A stretch of 64,000 nt of DNA, from IMG/VR virus record IMGVR_UViG_3300005533_000011; one strand, given 5' to 3'. A program made the position numbers and the translations under genes. How positions within the stretch are numbered: position 1 is the first letter of the stretch; the number at the start of each line of letters is the position of its first letter. Shown one piece after another: positions 1 through 9,590 of the stretch. This stretch comes from an uncultured virus (IMG/VR IMGVR_UViG_3300005533_000011) (Duplodnaviria > Heunggongvirae > Uroviricota > Caudoviricetes). Below the pieces are notes generated by a model. It had not been told where the DNA came from and did not search any database. It saw nothing but the letters and a program-made list of their open reading frames with translations.

Positions 1-227
1 ACCGGGGTGAGCAGCTTGATGAACGGCATCACGAACATCTTCGCATCGCAGACCTGCGACTGCGTCGTGGCGTTCAGGGTCTGCGCATTGATGGGCGTCC
101 CGCCCGGCGTCAGGCCCGTGTCGACCACGAGGGTCTGCTCGATGTCGTTCCGACCCTCGCACCGCATCGCAAAAGCGTTGCAGGCGATCGGGTTGATCAA
201 GGCCGCATACTCGGGAGGCCTGAACAT
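1..227 (-). CDS. Putative major capsid-like beta-rich protein, copy 2 (truncated by window edge)
   Basis: ATG at 227 with AAGGAG RBS; the 75 visible aa (MFRPPEYAALINPIACNAF...KLLTP) are identical to the 351-1070 protein. Capsid function is inference. Confidence 0.6.
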   Translation of the reverse strand, partial: MFRPPEYAALINPIACNAFAMRCEGRNDIEQTLVVDTGLTPGGTPINAQTLNATTQSQVCDAKMFVMPFIKLLTP

Positions 228-283
228 GTTGACTCCTTGTCGTCTTGGCCAGAAAACCGATACGGCCGGTTCCCGAAGGTTCC

Positions 284-311
284 GGGGAGGGACGCTTCCG
301 CGTCCCTCCCC
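284..311 (-). other. Strong intergenic hairpin between the twin genes (stabiliser/processing site or weak terminator)
   Basis: GGGGAGGGACGC-GGAA-GCGTCCCTCCCC on minus strand: 12-bp stem with GNRA loop, no U-tract. Confidence 0.6.
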
Positions 312-350
312 TTCCCCGTCAGAGACTCAGCGAACTCCCGGAACGACTGC

Positions 351-1070
351 TTATGAGCTGACGCCCGAGGCCGGACCGTAGCTCACCGACGCCGCGGGCA
401 CCGCGGGGGTCGTGGTGGGCTGGTTCGACGCGCCGAACGTGGCGTTGCAGGGGTACGTCACGGGGTACGCCTGCTGCTGGGCGTCCAGGGCGCCCACGCC
501 GAAGAGGCAGCCCTGCCGCGCCTTCGTCGTGTAGTTCGCCAGGACCGCGCCCGTGTTGATGCGCAGGGGGCCGGCGCCCGTCGGGATGCCGGTCAGGGTC
601 GCGATGATGTTCGTCCCGTTCGGGAGGAAGAACATCTGGCAGCCGCCGAGCAGCTCGTCCTCGCGCTCGCCGAGCAGGATCCGGACCAGGGTCGGATCCG
701 AGCTGGGGGGCGAGGGCATGACGGCGATCTGGCAGGCCGGGCACAGCAGGTGCTTCTCGACCGCGCTGTTGTTGACGACGAGTTCGCCGTCGATCGAGAA
801 GGTGAACGACGCCAGGAAGAACTGCCCGGCGTAGTCCGGGGAGACCGGGGTGAGCAGCTTGATGAACGGCATCACGAACATCTTCGCGTCGCACACCTGC
901 GACTGCGTCGTGGCGTTCAACGTCTGCGCGTTGATGGGCGTCCCGCCCGGGGTGAGCCCGGTGTCGACGACGAGCGTCTGCTCGATGTCGTTCCGGCCCT
1001 CGCACCGCATCGCGAACGCGTTGCAGGCGATCGGGTTGATCAGCGCCGCGTACTCCGGAGGCCTGAACAT
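351..1070 (-). CDS. Putative major capsid-like beta-rich protein (possible single jelly-roll), copy 1, 239 aa
   Basis: AAGGAG RBS before ATG 1070; strongly biased codon usage; alternating hydrophobic beta-like segments; duplicated and located among membrane and structural genes. Fold is inference. Confidence 0.55.
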   Translation of the reverse strand: MFRPPEYAALINPIACNAFAMRCEGRNDIEQTLVVDTGLTPGGTPINAQTLNATTQSQVCDAKMFVMPFIKLLTPVSPDYAGQFFLASFTFSIDGELVVNNSAVEKHLLCPACQIAVMPSPPSSDPTLVRILLGEREDELLGGCQMFFLPNGTNIIATLTGIPTGAGPLRINTGAVLANYTTKARQGCLFGVGALDAQQQAYPVTYPCNATFGASNQPTTTPAVPAASVSYGPASGVSS

Positions 1071-1263
1071 GGTCTTCTCCTTCGAAGAAACCAATCTTTC
1101 CCTCGACCGGCCCCACCAGGCCGGCCGACAACTTCTACTTCAACTTCGCACTACACGACTGCAAAGCGCGCCAGGGGGAGGCGCCATCGTCCATCCCGAA
1201 AGCGTCCGCCCGACGCTTCCTCCCCCGGATGAACCGACAGCGGCCCTCCCCCTCCGCGCGGGG

Positions 1264-2034
1264 CTATGCGTACTGCGGCTGAGCCACCACGCGCGGCAGG
1301 GGCCTGGGGGCCTGCTGCGGCTGGTTGATCCGGTTCTGGATGTTGGCGAGCTTCTGCCTCGCCTGCCAGGTCGCGTCCTGTCCGACCGCCGGGGCACCCT
1401 CACCTCCGGAGAGGGTCGGCTTGGGCATCTTCACCCAGTCGAACAGCATGTCGATCAGCGTCCCGCCCAGGAAGACCGCTCCCGGCAGCGCCACGCCGAG
1501 GGTCGTCGCGTTCCGCTTGAACAGCAGCGGCACCGCGCCGAGCACGAAGGCCAGACCCTCGTGGAGCACTTTGGAATTGTTCTTCCAGAGCAGCGGCGTC
1601 AGGCGCACGAGCGCCCTGTTGCCGATGAGGCCGAGGCCTCCGCCCGTGAGGAGTTCCGCCGTCTTCACGGTTCTCACGGACTCGGGGATGATGAACGTCC
1701 TCTTCCCCTCGGTCGAAACGACGGCCGTCTCCTGGCCCAGCCAGGGGCGACCGAAGCGCGAGTACCAGGGACGATGACCGAACATGCCCGGGCGGTACCC
1801 CGAGAGCATGTTCCCACTCGCGGGCCGCGCGGGACCCGCGATCTTCGCCGGCGATGACAGGGTGGAAGCCTTCCCCCCTGCCAGCCCGGTCCGGACTGCC
1901 ACGCCTGCGGCGGCAAGCTTCTCGTCGATCATCCGGGAGACCTTCTGGTGATGCTTCTCACCCAGGTCCACCTGGACGATGTTGCCGCTGTCCGCCTTCT
2001 GGCCGGCGCCCTTCTTGTGCGGCTTCTGGCTCAT
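1264..2034 (-). CDS. Membrane protein with basic N-terminus and Gly-rich hydrophobic segments (possible virion membrane protein)
   Basis: GAGGAG RBS before ATG 2034; hydrophobic stretches LLTGGGLGLIG, LAFVLGAVPLLF, LGVALPGAVFLGGTLI. Confidence 0.65.
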   Translation of the reverse strand: MSQKPHKKGAGQKADSGNIVQVDLGEKHHQKVSRMIDEKLAAAGVAVRTGLAGGKASTLSSPAKIAGPARPASGNMLSGYRPGMFGHRPWYSRFGRPWLGQETAVVSTEGKRTFIIPESVRTVKTAELLTGGGLGLIGNRALVRLTPLLWKNNSKVLHEGLAFVLGAVPLLFKRNATTLGVALPGAVFLGGTLIDMLFDWVKMPKPTLSGGEGAPAVGQDATWQARQKLANIQNRINQPQQAPRPLPRVVAQPQYA

Positions 2035-2092
2035 GACTCTTCTCCTCGAAAGTCGCCGGCCGGGCGACAGGCCCGACCTAGCGGATTTTTCC

Positions 2093-2758
2093 TCAAGCCT
2101 GCGCGCCTTCCGGCGCGATCTCAGGCGTCGTTTTCCCTGTCTCCATGTCCACGCGGGGCGCCAGGTCCTCTCCCGACACGTCGGACGCATCGAGGACCAT
2201 CCTCACGTCCGCGCGCAGCCCCTCCGCATCCGCGGGCGCGTCGGCTGCGATCTTTTTCTTCGCCCAGTCCATCGAGACCTGGTTGTCCTTGAGCGAGCGG
2301 TTCGCCAGCACCTTGGCCGCCCCGGCCATGACGTTCCCGAGTCCCCGCAGGCTGAGCCCGGGGACCGTGAGGCCGTACTTCACGAAGGGCGCTCCCGCCA
2401 CCAGGATGAGCGCCAGGAGATCTGCGGCCGCCGGGACGCTCGCGACCAGGCTCGAGAACGCCTCGAAGGACACGTCGGCGCCCTGCGCCATCTCCTCCAC
2501 CTTCACGCCCGTCAGCGATTCGAGGACGTCGAGCGTCATCGCGAGCTCGCCCGCCAGGAATTCGCCGGCGTTCGCCAGGGAATCGATCTCGTCGCCGCCG
2601 GACGGGCCCTGGCCCATCTCGATCAGCTCCTCCGCCCCCATCGACGCGCGCCTCGCGCGCCCGGACAGGAACGGCTTGCGGTTGGGCTGGACCGGGGCCT
2701 TCGAGCGGCCCATCTCGATCAGCTCCTCCGCGCCAAGACGGAAACGAGGCCCCGTCAC
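2093..2758 (-). CDS. Hypothetical protein with duplicated GAEELIEMG motif and hydrophobic segment
   Basis: GTG start overlaps upstream stop; 25-bp perfect direct repeat at 2611-2635 and 2707-2731. Confidence 0.65.
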   Translation of the reverse strand: MTGPRFRLGAEELIEMGRSKAPVQPNRKPFLSGRARRASMGAEELIEMGQGPSGGDEIDSLANAGEFLAGELAMTLDVLESLTGVKVEEMAQGADVSFEAFSSLVASVPAAADLLALILVAGAPFVKYGLTVPGLSLRGLGNVMAGAAKVLANRSLKDNQVSMDWAKKKIAADAPADAEGLRADVRMVLDASDVSGEDLAPRVDMETGKTTPEIAPEGAQA

Positions 2759-3375
2759 AGCGGCACCTCCGCCTCGTCGTAGTCGTCGAACTCATGGTGC
2801 TCGCCCAGGACGAGCATCGGATCGTTGATGTCGCTGTCGTACACGTTGCCGTCCGCCTGGATCTTCCCCCAGATCCTGGCGACCTTCCCGTCCCGCTTCC
2901 CCATGCGGAGCATGATGGGCGTGACGTCGACCGACGCGCAGATCGACAGCATCATGCACGTCGCGTCGATCGCGCTCCCCACGTAGAGGGGCGGCGCGCC
3001 CATGTTCCGCATCCGGTAGAGCGACGGGTCCTCGAGCTTGAGCGACTCGTACCAGGGGGTCATGTAGTACTCGACCACCTCGCGAGGATCCTCGGTCTCG
3101 GAGCCCCAGGACTGGTGGTTGTGGAGTCCCATCGCCGCCCGGTCCGTGATGGGCGCGAAGTTCTTCCTGCACCAGACGTCGGCCGCCTCGAGGAAGAGGG
3201 TCTTGTTGTTGTGCGCGGGGACGCCGCCATTGGAGAAGTGCTCGACCATCTTCCCGTAGTGGGCCGACAGCAGCCTCGCGAAGTCGATGATCAGCTCGTC
3301 CTTCCGGCCCGCGGCGATGCACGCGGCCAGGCCCTTGTAGTCGAAGGCCTTGTCCATGACTTTCTCCGCGGTCAT
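2755..3375 (-). CDS. Transglutaminase-like fold protein, predicted catalytically inactive paralog
   Basis: ATG 3375 overlaps upstream TGA; aligns with 3375-4106 (VWCR, GSAIDATCMMLS vs GDCDEGSCFVLS, RIWGKI vs HVWGKI, SDINDP vs TDLTEP, ending EVPL vs EIPL). Confidence 0.65.
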   Translation of the reverse strand: MTAEKVMDKAFDYKGLAACIAAGRKDELIIDFARLLSAHYGKMVEHFSNGGVPAHNNKTLFLEAADVWCRKNFAPITDRAAMGLHNHQSWGSETEDPREVVEYYMTPWYESLKLEDPSLYRMRNMGAPPLYVGSAIDATCMMLSICASVDVTPIMLRMGKRDGKVARIWGKIQADGNVYDSDINDPMLVLGEHHEFDDYDEAEVPL

Positions 3376-4106
3376 CACAGCGGGATCTCCACGCTCTCGT
3401 AGTGCTCGAACCTGGAGTAATCCCCGAGCTTGTAGTCCGGTTCCGTGAGATCGGTCGCTATGCCCTTCTCGTCCTCCTCGCCCAGGTGGATCTTGCCCCA
3501 GACGTGATGAAGCGTCTGGTCGTGGCCGCCGAAGTCGAACTTGAGGGGCTTGATCTGCTTCGCCGCGGCTTGCGAGAGGACGAAGCACGAACCTTCGTCG
3601 CAGTCCCCCCAGGTTATCCCGGGAGGCTGATAGGCGTCGACGTCGCGGGCATTCGCGGCGGACTTCATGGCGTCGAAGAGCGGCTCGATCGCGAACCGGA
3701 TCACGTCCGGCGGGACGCGGGTCTGCTTCACCATGCGCCGCGGCGTCTGGATGAACTCGATGTTCGGAGGGTCGTTCAGGTAGACGTAGTGCGACCGGCA
3801 CCAGGCCTCGATCGCCTCGACGCAGGTGCGCTGGTCGTCCATCCCCGACGAATCGCGGCCGATGCCCATCCGCTCGGCGTAGTCCTCGCAGATCTGATCC
3901 GCGTTCTCCATCACGACCGGGTCGTTCGCCGCGTCCTGGACGTACTGGATCATCCGGCCGATCTCGAAACGGATGCCGTCGAACGTGTCCGGCAGCGCGG
4001 TGTGGCGGACCTCGCCGTCCCTCGGAGACGGCGCCTTGAGGGCGCTCTTCGAGATCGTCGGCTGGCCGAGCTTGACCGGCCTGGAAAGTGGCAGCCTTCT
4101 GTGCAT
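3375..4106 (-). CDS. Transglutaminase-like cysteine protease/transglutaminase
   Basis: GDCDE (Cys), HHVW (His) and TDLT (Asp) match the papain-like transglutaminase-superfamily triad spacing. Confidence 0.75.
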   Translation of the reverse strand: MHRRLPLSRPVKLGQPTISKSALKAPSPRDGEVRHTALPDTFDGIRFEIGRMIQYVQDAANDPVVMENADQICEDYAERMGIGRDSSGMDDQRTCVEAIEAWCRSHYVYLNDPPNIEFIQTPRRMVKQTRVPPDVIRFAIEPLFDAMKSAANARDVDAYQPPGITWGDCDEGSCFVLSQAAAKQIKPLKFDFGGHDQTLHHVWGKIHLGEEDEKGIATDLTEPDYKLGDYSRFEHYESVEIPL

Positions 4107-4109
4107 CGC

Positions 4110-6584
4110 TTACTGCTGCTGAGGAGGACGCAGCGTGTCCCGCGATGGCACGGGAACACCCTGGACCTGGGCCGCCATTTCGCCGTTTTGTCCGCCCTGG
4201 GGCTCGACGGGAGCCTGGACGGTACCGGGTGCCATGGGCATCGGTGGAATCGCGGCGCCGTTCTGCGGAGCGGCGCCGTTTCCGCCTTGCTGGGGGACCT
4301 TTTCCCCGACGTACTGCGCCCAGTAATCCTGGATCTGGAGGATCACCATGGCGCGGAACTGCTCGTAGAAGACGTCCGCTTCCGGACGGTCGAGGATCAC
4401 CTGGACCTCGGGACGGAGGTACGGCCGGATCACCTTGTAGACCTTCGGCCACTTCCGGACCTTCATGAAGGCGGCGAAGGCGGCGCACGCCTGGCGCCTC
4501 TCGTCGCTCTTGGGATCCCTCATCATCTCGAGGTAGAGGTTCGCGAAGGCCGTCGCGTCGGAGCCGGCCTCGACGTTGAGCGCCCATTCCTCGATGATTT
4601 CCTGGGCCTGCTGCGTCTGGATCTGCTCGCGGATGATGCTCTCCATGTGGCCTCCCGCTGCGTTCGCCGCCGCGGCAACCTCCTTCGCATTCTGGTCCGG
4701 GGCCTGGGCCGCGCCGGCGGGACGGCCGGCGGGCTGTACGGCCTCCGGTGCCGCCTGCGGGGGCGGAGGGGGAGGCGCTTGCTGTTGAGGCATGGGCTGG
4801 GGCTGCTGGACCTCGGGGGGTGGCGGGCCTTCCATCGCGCGGCCGCTCGCCACGTAGGCCGTCTGGGCCTCCGGCGTCATGACCTTGATCTTCTGGAGGT
4901 CGATGGCCTTCTCCCAGCCCTTCGAGGCCTCCTTGACGATCGTCTGGAGCATGTTGTAGAGCTGGTCGCCGCTGGAGTTCTCGACCTGCTGCTTCTGGAT
5001 GTCCAGCATCTGCCGGTTGAGGTCGTGCTCCTTGTCGAGGCCGCGCTCCCGGAGCTTGTGCTCCCGGTCCAGCGCTTCCTTGTCGCGCTCGTACTGCTCC
5101 TGGGCGCGCTTCTCGGCGTTGTCGATGTGGCGCTCGGTCGCCTCGCGCGTCTCCTGCATCTCGCGCTGGGCGGCCTCCTGGAGGGCCCTCATCTCCTCGC
5201 GGGTCTTCCCGAGCTCGGATTCGAGCCGCTTCTGGGAGATCTCGGCATCCTTCTGGACGAGGGCGAGCTTCCGCTCCTCGAGCTCCAGGAGGAACTTCCG
5301 CTCCTCGGCGGCGCGCCGCTCCCGCTCCTCGCGATCGGCCTTGTCGCGGCGCTCGCGCTCCTCGGCTTCGGCCTTCATCTGCTGGGTCCTGGCCTCGGCC
5401 TCCGCCCGGATCCGCGCGAGCTCGCGCTCGTGGGCCTCCTTCTGGGCGGCCTGCTCTCGCTCGAAGCGCTCCTTCTCGACCTGGCGGTCACGGTCGTGCC
5501 GTTCCTGCTCGGCCTTGTGCTCGCGCTCCCAGCGCTCGCGCTCCTCGCGCACCTGGCGCTCGTGCTTTTCTTCGTCCGCCTTCCGCTGTTCGGCGGCCAG
5601 GCGGCGCTCCTCGTCCCAACGCTGGTTCTGGAGCGTCTGCTGGGTCTCGAGGATCTTGGTCACGGCCGACTCGGGCCCGTTGCGGCGGGCCGCTTCGACC
5701 TGGCGGAGGGACTCCTGGTGGATCGTCCCCATCATCTCGATCGCCTTCGACACGGCGCCTTCGCCGGCGGCCTGCTGGTGGCGGGCGAAGTCGTAAAGCG
5801 AGCGGTCGGGCGCGGGATCGGGGCGCGGGTAGAAGAACGACGGCCGCTGCGGAACGGCGGAAGCGGGATCCTGGCCCGCCTGGTCGCCGCCCATCCAGGG
5901 CCGGGTATAGAAGGGCCGTGGCGCCTGCGCAGAGCCTCCACGACCGGAAGGGCCGGCCGAATTCGGGGACCGCGACGGCCCGTAGCTCGGACCGATCTTC
6001 TGCGTGAACTCCATGGGCACCGCCCTGCCGGGCTCGTGCCGGGTGATCTTGTAGGTGCCTTCGCCGTAGTTCTGCCCCAGCTCGTCGACCGTGAAGGTCC
6101 CGAAATGGGTCCCGAGCAGCCCGTCCGGAGGGACGACCCGCTCCACCAGGTACTTCACGCCGGATGACGGCGCAGCGAAGCCTCCGGAACTGCCCACAAT
6201 GGGCCGACCGCCGGAGAAGTCATCGAGCACGGCCACGGCCGCGGCCGAGGACTGCGGCGCGGGCTGCGTATAATGCGGTTGAGGCGGGGGCAGCGGAGCA
6301 GGAGCCGGGGCTGGCTGCGGCGCGGGCGCCGCCATGCCGGGAGGCGTCGAAAGTCCCATCATGATGGGCTGTGGCGTCATCTGCGGAATCTCCGGCTTCT
6401 GCTTCGGTGGGAGCTGCGGCAGAATGCCGCGCTTGCGGGCGTTGAAGATGAGACCGTTGACGGTCTGACCATGGACGTTCAGATCGCGTGCGATCTGGAC
6501 ATTCGAGATGCCCTGGCGGGCAAGCTCGAAAATCTGATCCTTGGTCGCCTGGTCCGGTTTCTTGTTCGGACCCTGGTCTGGCAT
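4110..6584 (-). CDS. Large protein (824 aa): N-terminal HTH-like segment, Pro/Gln-rich linkers, long E/R/K coiled coil, helical C-terminal domain
   Basis: GGAG RBS before ATG 6584; IFELARQGISNVQIARDLNVHGQTV is HTH-like; central charged heptad-rich region. Confidence 0.75.
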   Translation of the reverse strand: MPDQGPNKKPDQATKDQIFELARQGISNVQIARDLNVHGQTVNGLIFNARKRGILPQLPPKQKPEIPQMTPQPIMMGLSTPPGMAAPAPQPAPAPAPLPPPQPHYTQPAPQSSAAAVAVLDDFSGGRPIVGSSGGFAAPSSGVKYLVERVVPPDGLLGTHFGTFTVDELGQNYGEGTYKITRHEPGRAVPMEFTQKIGPSYGPSRSPNSAGPSGRGGSAQAPRPFYTRPWMGGDQAGQDPASAVPQRPSFFYPRPDPAPDRSLYDFARHQQAAGEGAVSKAIEMMGTIHQESLRQVEAARRNGPESAVTKILETQQTLQNQRWDEERRLAAEQRKADEEKHERQVREERERWEREHKAEQERHDRDRQVEKERFEREQAAQKEAHERELARIRAEAEARTQQMKAEAEERERRDKADREERERRAAEERKFLLELEERKLALVQKDAEISQKRLESELGKTREEMRALQEAAQREMQETREATERHIDNAEKRAQEQYERDKEALDREHKLRERGLDKEHDLNRQMLDIQKQQVENSSGDQLYNMLQTIVKEASKGWEKAIDLQKIKVMTPEAQTAYVASGRAMEGPPPPEVQQPQPMPQQQAPPPPPPQAAPEAVQPAGRPAGAAQAPDQNAKEVAAAANAAGGHMESIIREQIQTQQAQEIIEEWALNVEAGSDATAFANLYLEMMRDPKSDERRQACAAFAAFMKVRKWPKVYKVIRPYLRPEVQVILDRPEADVFYEQFRAMVILQIQDYWAQYVGEKVPQQGGNGAAPQNGAAIPPMPMAPGTVQAPVEPQGGQNGEMAAQVQGVPVPSRDTLRPPQQQ

Positions 6585-6688
6585 CGTGTCTCCGGAATAG
6601 TTCCGTGGGCGACGGAACGTTCCTTGCACGACGCCTTCGAAAAACGTCTACAACGACAGTAGCGTTCCCGGGGGAGGAAGCTGGATCT

Positions 6689-6717
6689 CTTGTACCATCG
6701 CCGATGGGCGATGTCAA
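6689..6717 (-). promoter_or_regulatory. Sigma70-type promoter with palindromic spacer
   Basis: TTGACA-17 bp-TACAAG on minus strand; spacer region contains inverted repeat CATCGCC-CATC-GGCGATG. Confidence 0.55.
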
Positions 6718-6751
6718 CCCGAATGTGGAAAAAAATTCCGGAGGCTGAAAC

Positions 6752-6952
6752 TCAGTCGAGAGTCGGCTTGGGCGGGATCCTCAGCCGCGGCTGGAATTCC
6801 GCTGCTGCAATCTTTTTTTCGCGCGCCTCGAGCGCGATCTTCCGTTCGATCCGGCGCAGCCTCATGATCGCGACGAGCACCATGATGCTGGCAAAGAGAG
6901 CGAATAGCGTGATGCCGACTGCGATCCAGAAAGCTGCTGATTTTTCAGGCAT
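6752..6952 (-). CDS. Small single-pass membrane protein
   Basis: N-terminal hydrophobic helix followed by a basic tail. Confidence 0.6.
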   Translation of the reverse strand: MPEKSAAFWIAVGITLFALFASIMVLVAIMRLRRIERKIALEAREKKIAAAEFQPRLRIPPKPTLD

Positions 6953-6955
6953 GAT

Positions 6956-7675
6956 TCAGGAGGCCAGGTTCCAGGCCTCTGCCTTTGAATGAAGATCCTT
7001 GAGCCAATTCGAAAGTTTTCCGGCGAGATCCGTTTCGCCCTCGCGCTCGGCCAGGAACAGAAATGCGTCCAGAAATCCCACCGAATAGACGAAGGCCTCC
7101 AGATTCTTCCCCACGGAATCCAGACCGACCTGATAAAGACGCTGCGCCTCTGCCTCCGTCTCCGCGAGCTGGCCGGCGTTTTCGACGCCGATCGCGCCCA
7201 GCCACGGCCCTTCCAGTGCCTGCGCGGGAATCTCCGTCCGGATCAATGCCGCGAGACGACGTGCATCCTCGAGGAGCGGCTGGAGCCCGGGATCCTTCGA
7301 GCCTTCCCAGTACCAGAGCGCCTGCCAGATCGTGTTCAGGAGCTCCATCGCGAGCTCGGGCTGCCCTTCGCGCTCGAGGTCGCTCACCCGGTTCAGATGC
7401 TTCCGGATGACGGCGATGGGAGGCTTGCCTTGGCCGAGCGACGGCCGCGAGACCATGTTCGCCCGGATTTCACCTGCCAATTTCCGCGCGGCCACCCGGA
7501 TCTTGTCCAATTCCGGGTCCCTGGAATATTCGTAGAATGCGAGCGCGTAGTAGAACGCCTCGAGCCCCTCCAGGGCATTCAGGTAGAATCCGTGGTCCAT
7601 CAGGTCCCGGATTTCCGAGAGATTTTCCTTCAGGTCCGCGAATTCCTCACGACGCTCCGCAAGCCGCGCCCGCAC
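6956..7675 (-). CDS. Helical protein with two internal ~65-aa repeats
   Basis: Repeats ...ALAFYEYSRDPEL...ARKLAGEIR...PSLG and ...ALWYWEGSKDPGL...ARRLAALIR...PWLG. Confidence 0.6.
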   Translation of the reverse strand: MRARLAERREEFADLKENLSEIRDLMDHGFYLNALEGLEAFYYALAFYEYSRDPELDKIRVAARKLAGEIRANMVSRPSLGQGKPPIAVIRKHLNRVSDLEREGQPELAMELLNTIWQALWYWEGSKDPGLQPLLEDARRLAALIRTEIPAQALEGPWLGAIGVENAGQLAETEAEAQRLYQVGLDSVGKNLEAFVYSVGFLDAFLFLAEREGETDLAGKLSNWLKDLHSKAEAWNLAS

Positions 7676-7679
7676 GAAA

Positions 7680-7895
7680 CTACCTCGGGCATCCGCAGGA
7701 AATGGATCCCTGAAGCCTGGGGCACGCGCACTTCGAGCAGGTCTTGCACGGATTCAGGGTCGTCTGGCCCAGATTCCCCTGAATCGACCTCGACGCGGAA
7801 AACGTGAGAAGCCCCACGAACAGGAACGCGACGATGAGCGCCAGGATGAATTTTCCGACATCCATCCGCTGGCGGTTGATGGCGATCGTGGTCAT
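7680..7895 (-). CDS. Small membrane protein with Cys-rich C-terminus
   Basis: TM segment FILALIVAFLFVGLLTF followed by CKTCSKCAC...CGC. Confidence 0.6.
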   Translation of the reverse strand: MTTIAINRQRMDVGKFILALIVAFLFVGLLTFSASRSIQGNLGQTTLNPCKTCSKCACPRLQGSISCGCPR

Positions 7896-8797
7896 TGCTG
7901 TTGTCCCTCCCGATACATCCTCAGTCTTTCCTTGAGCTCGGCGACATAGCTCTCGCCCTGGGCGGCCAGCTCGCGGAGCTTCTTCAGTTCCCTCGCCGAT
8001 GCTTTCGCAGCCTCCGCCTCCGCGAGGACCCGCTTCACTTCGTTCAGCTTCTCCTCGTTTTCCGCGATATGGGCCTCGAATGCGGCGACTTCCTGCTCCT
8101 GGGCCTCGCCCGCTTCATTGGCAGCCTCTTCCTGAAGGCCCGCGGCCGCCTGCGCAATCAACGGACCCAGAGCCTGGGCGATCGCGAAGAGCTCGCGCGC
8201 GTCCCTCTGTTTCTCCGGAAGGTCGCTCCTCATCCTGCGCTCCTCGAGGAGCGTGACGTTGGCGTAGCGGTCGGGCCCGAGCCGGAGGACGCGGTCCATG
8301 GCCTGGAGAACCCTGATCCCGGAGCCGGCGAACGACAGCTCGTCCGTCGGCAGGATCTGCGCGTATCTTTGGGCGCCCACGGTCACGATGACCAAGAACG
8401 AGAGAGGTGCTCCAGGATACGGATCGTGGCGTCTCACGAGGACCTGGAACGTCCCGAAGTTATAAGTCCTCTCGTAGTCCGCGCATGAGACTTCGGTCGG
8501 AACGGGGGGCGTCGACTGCTTGAAGAGTTCCTGTTCCGCCGGCTCCTCCATGGGATACCGCAGGAATCGCTTCGAGACGCAGCCGGTGCATTTCTGGACG
8601 ATGATGAGCTCGGGGATCCCCGTCTCTTCGACTGGGATCACCTCCCGCTTTTCCTCTTGATAGGTCCCGTGCGGGCACATGAGCGCCTTCTCGAGCTCCT
8701 CCTCCTTGCCGGCGTAGATCGGAGTGGAGACGAGCCATTTTCCGGCGGGGTACCACATGACGCCCATCTGGGGACGGTCGAGAGTCGACGTGCTCAT
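7892..8797 (-). CDS. Hypothetical protein with C-terminal coiled coil
   Basis: ATG 8797 in ATGA overlap with the J-domain gene stop; E/A-rich heptads. Confidence 0.65.
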   Translation of the reverse strand: MSTSTLDRPQMGVMWYPAGKWLVSTPIYAGKEEELEKALMCPHGTYQEEKREVIPVEETGIPELIIVQKCTGCVSKRFLRYPMEEPAEQELFKQSTPPVPTEVSCADYERTYNFGTFQVLVRRHDPYPGAPLSFLVIVTVGAQRYAQILPTDELSFAGSGIRVLQAMDRVLRLGPDRYANVTLLEERRMRSDLPEKQRDARELFAIAQALGPLIAQAAAGLQEEAANEAGEAQEQEVAAFEAHIAENEEKLNEVKRVLAEAEAAKASARELKKLRELAAQGESYVAELKERLRMYREGQQQ

Positions 8798-9249
8798 GGC
8801 ATCCGGGCCCTGTTCCGGCCCTTCATGAAGACGGGCACTCCGAGGATCTCCTCCGGCGGCGGTGCGACGACCGGCACCGGCCCGAGCTGGACGGGCTTCC
8901 GGACTGAATGGACGGTCCCAGGTTTCATGGCCGCTTTGAATGGGTCGACCCATTTCGGGCCCGTCCGCTTCTTCTCGCGGCGAACCCAGACCGGCCCGCT
9001 CCGGAAAGGACCAGCCGGCGCCGGTGCTGCTGCCGCGGCCGCGGCGCCCAGGTCATACGCACGCCGCTTCTCGGTGTCGGCGAGAACACCGTAGGCTGCC
9101 GAGACGTCTTTGAACCTCCGCTCGGCGTCCTTGTCGCCCGGATTCCTGTCCGGATGGAGCTTGGCGGCGAGACGGCGATAGGCCTTCCGGATCTCGTCCG
9201 CCGACGCGTCCCTCGCAACTCCCAGGACGGCGTAGTGGTCCGTCGGCAT
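8794..9249 (-). CDS. J-domain (DnaJ-type) co-chaperone with short C-terminal extension
   Basis: [13 protein letters not shown]...[20 protein letters not shown]...F..V..AY.VL.D..KR..YD; intact HPD; TAATG coupling. Confidence 0.9.
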   Translation of the reverse strand: MPTDHYAVLGVARDASADEIRKAYRRLAAKLHPDRNPGDKDAERRFKDVSAAYGVLADTEKRRAYDLGAAAAAAAPAPAGPFRSGPVWVRREKKRTGPKWVDPFKAAMKPGTVHSVRKPVQLGPVPVVAPPPEEILGVPVFMKGRNRARMP

Positions 9250-9566
9250 TATTTGACCGGCGCGCCGAAGAGGCCCTGCTTCGCCATGTTCTGGGTGACG
9301 TTCTTCTGGATCGTGGGCTCGGGCACGGAATCCGTGCATTCGAGGCAGAGGACGTACGTGCCGACCCGCGGCGTGCCGCTCCCGGGGTCCATCATCGCCT
9401 TCTGGAGCATCTTGTCGTCGGTCTTGTACAGGTGGACGCCCGCCGCCTCGGCTTTCGTCTTCATCATGTTGCAGCACGCGCACTCGAAGAACGACGCAGT
9501 CCTCAGCCACTCCTTGCGGCCGTCGAGCTGCTGCTTCACGAAGTCCCGGTAAGTCTTCTCCGACAT
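9249..9566 (-). CDS. Small CxxC zinc-binding hypothetical protein
   Basis: CACC...CLEC; GAGG RBS. Confidence 0.6.
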   Translation of the reverse strand: MSEKTYRDFVKQQLDGRKEWLRTASFFECACCNMMKTKAEAAGVHLYKTDDKMLQKAMMDPGSGTPRVGTYVLCLECTDSVPEPTIQKNVTQNMAKQGLFGAPVK

Positions 9567-9590
9567 CGTCTCACCTCTCAGTCCAACGGG

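Noticed and set aside
1..227. Assembly-artefact duplication or terminal repeat
   Set aside because: 18 substitutions, all synonymous, and different upstream sequences indicate a real paralog.
2755..4587. 610-aa ORF as called in the track
   Set aside because: The N-terminal 400 aa overlap other genes out of frame; the real start is ATG 3375. Similar over-extension was corrected for 14327-15790, 41874-43304 and others.
3402..6167. 921-aa plus-strand ORF
   Set aside because: Antisense shadow of high-GC minus-strand genes that have RBSs, coupling and motifs.
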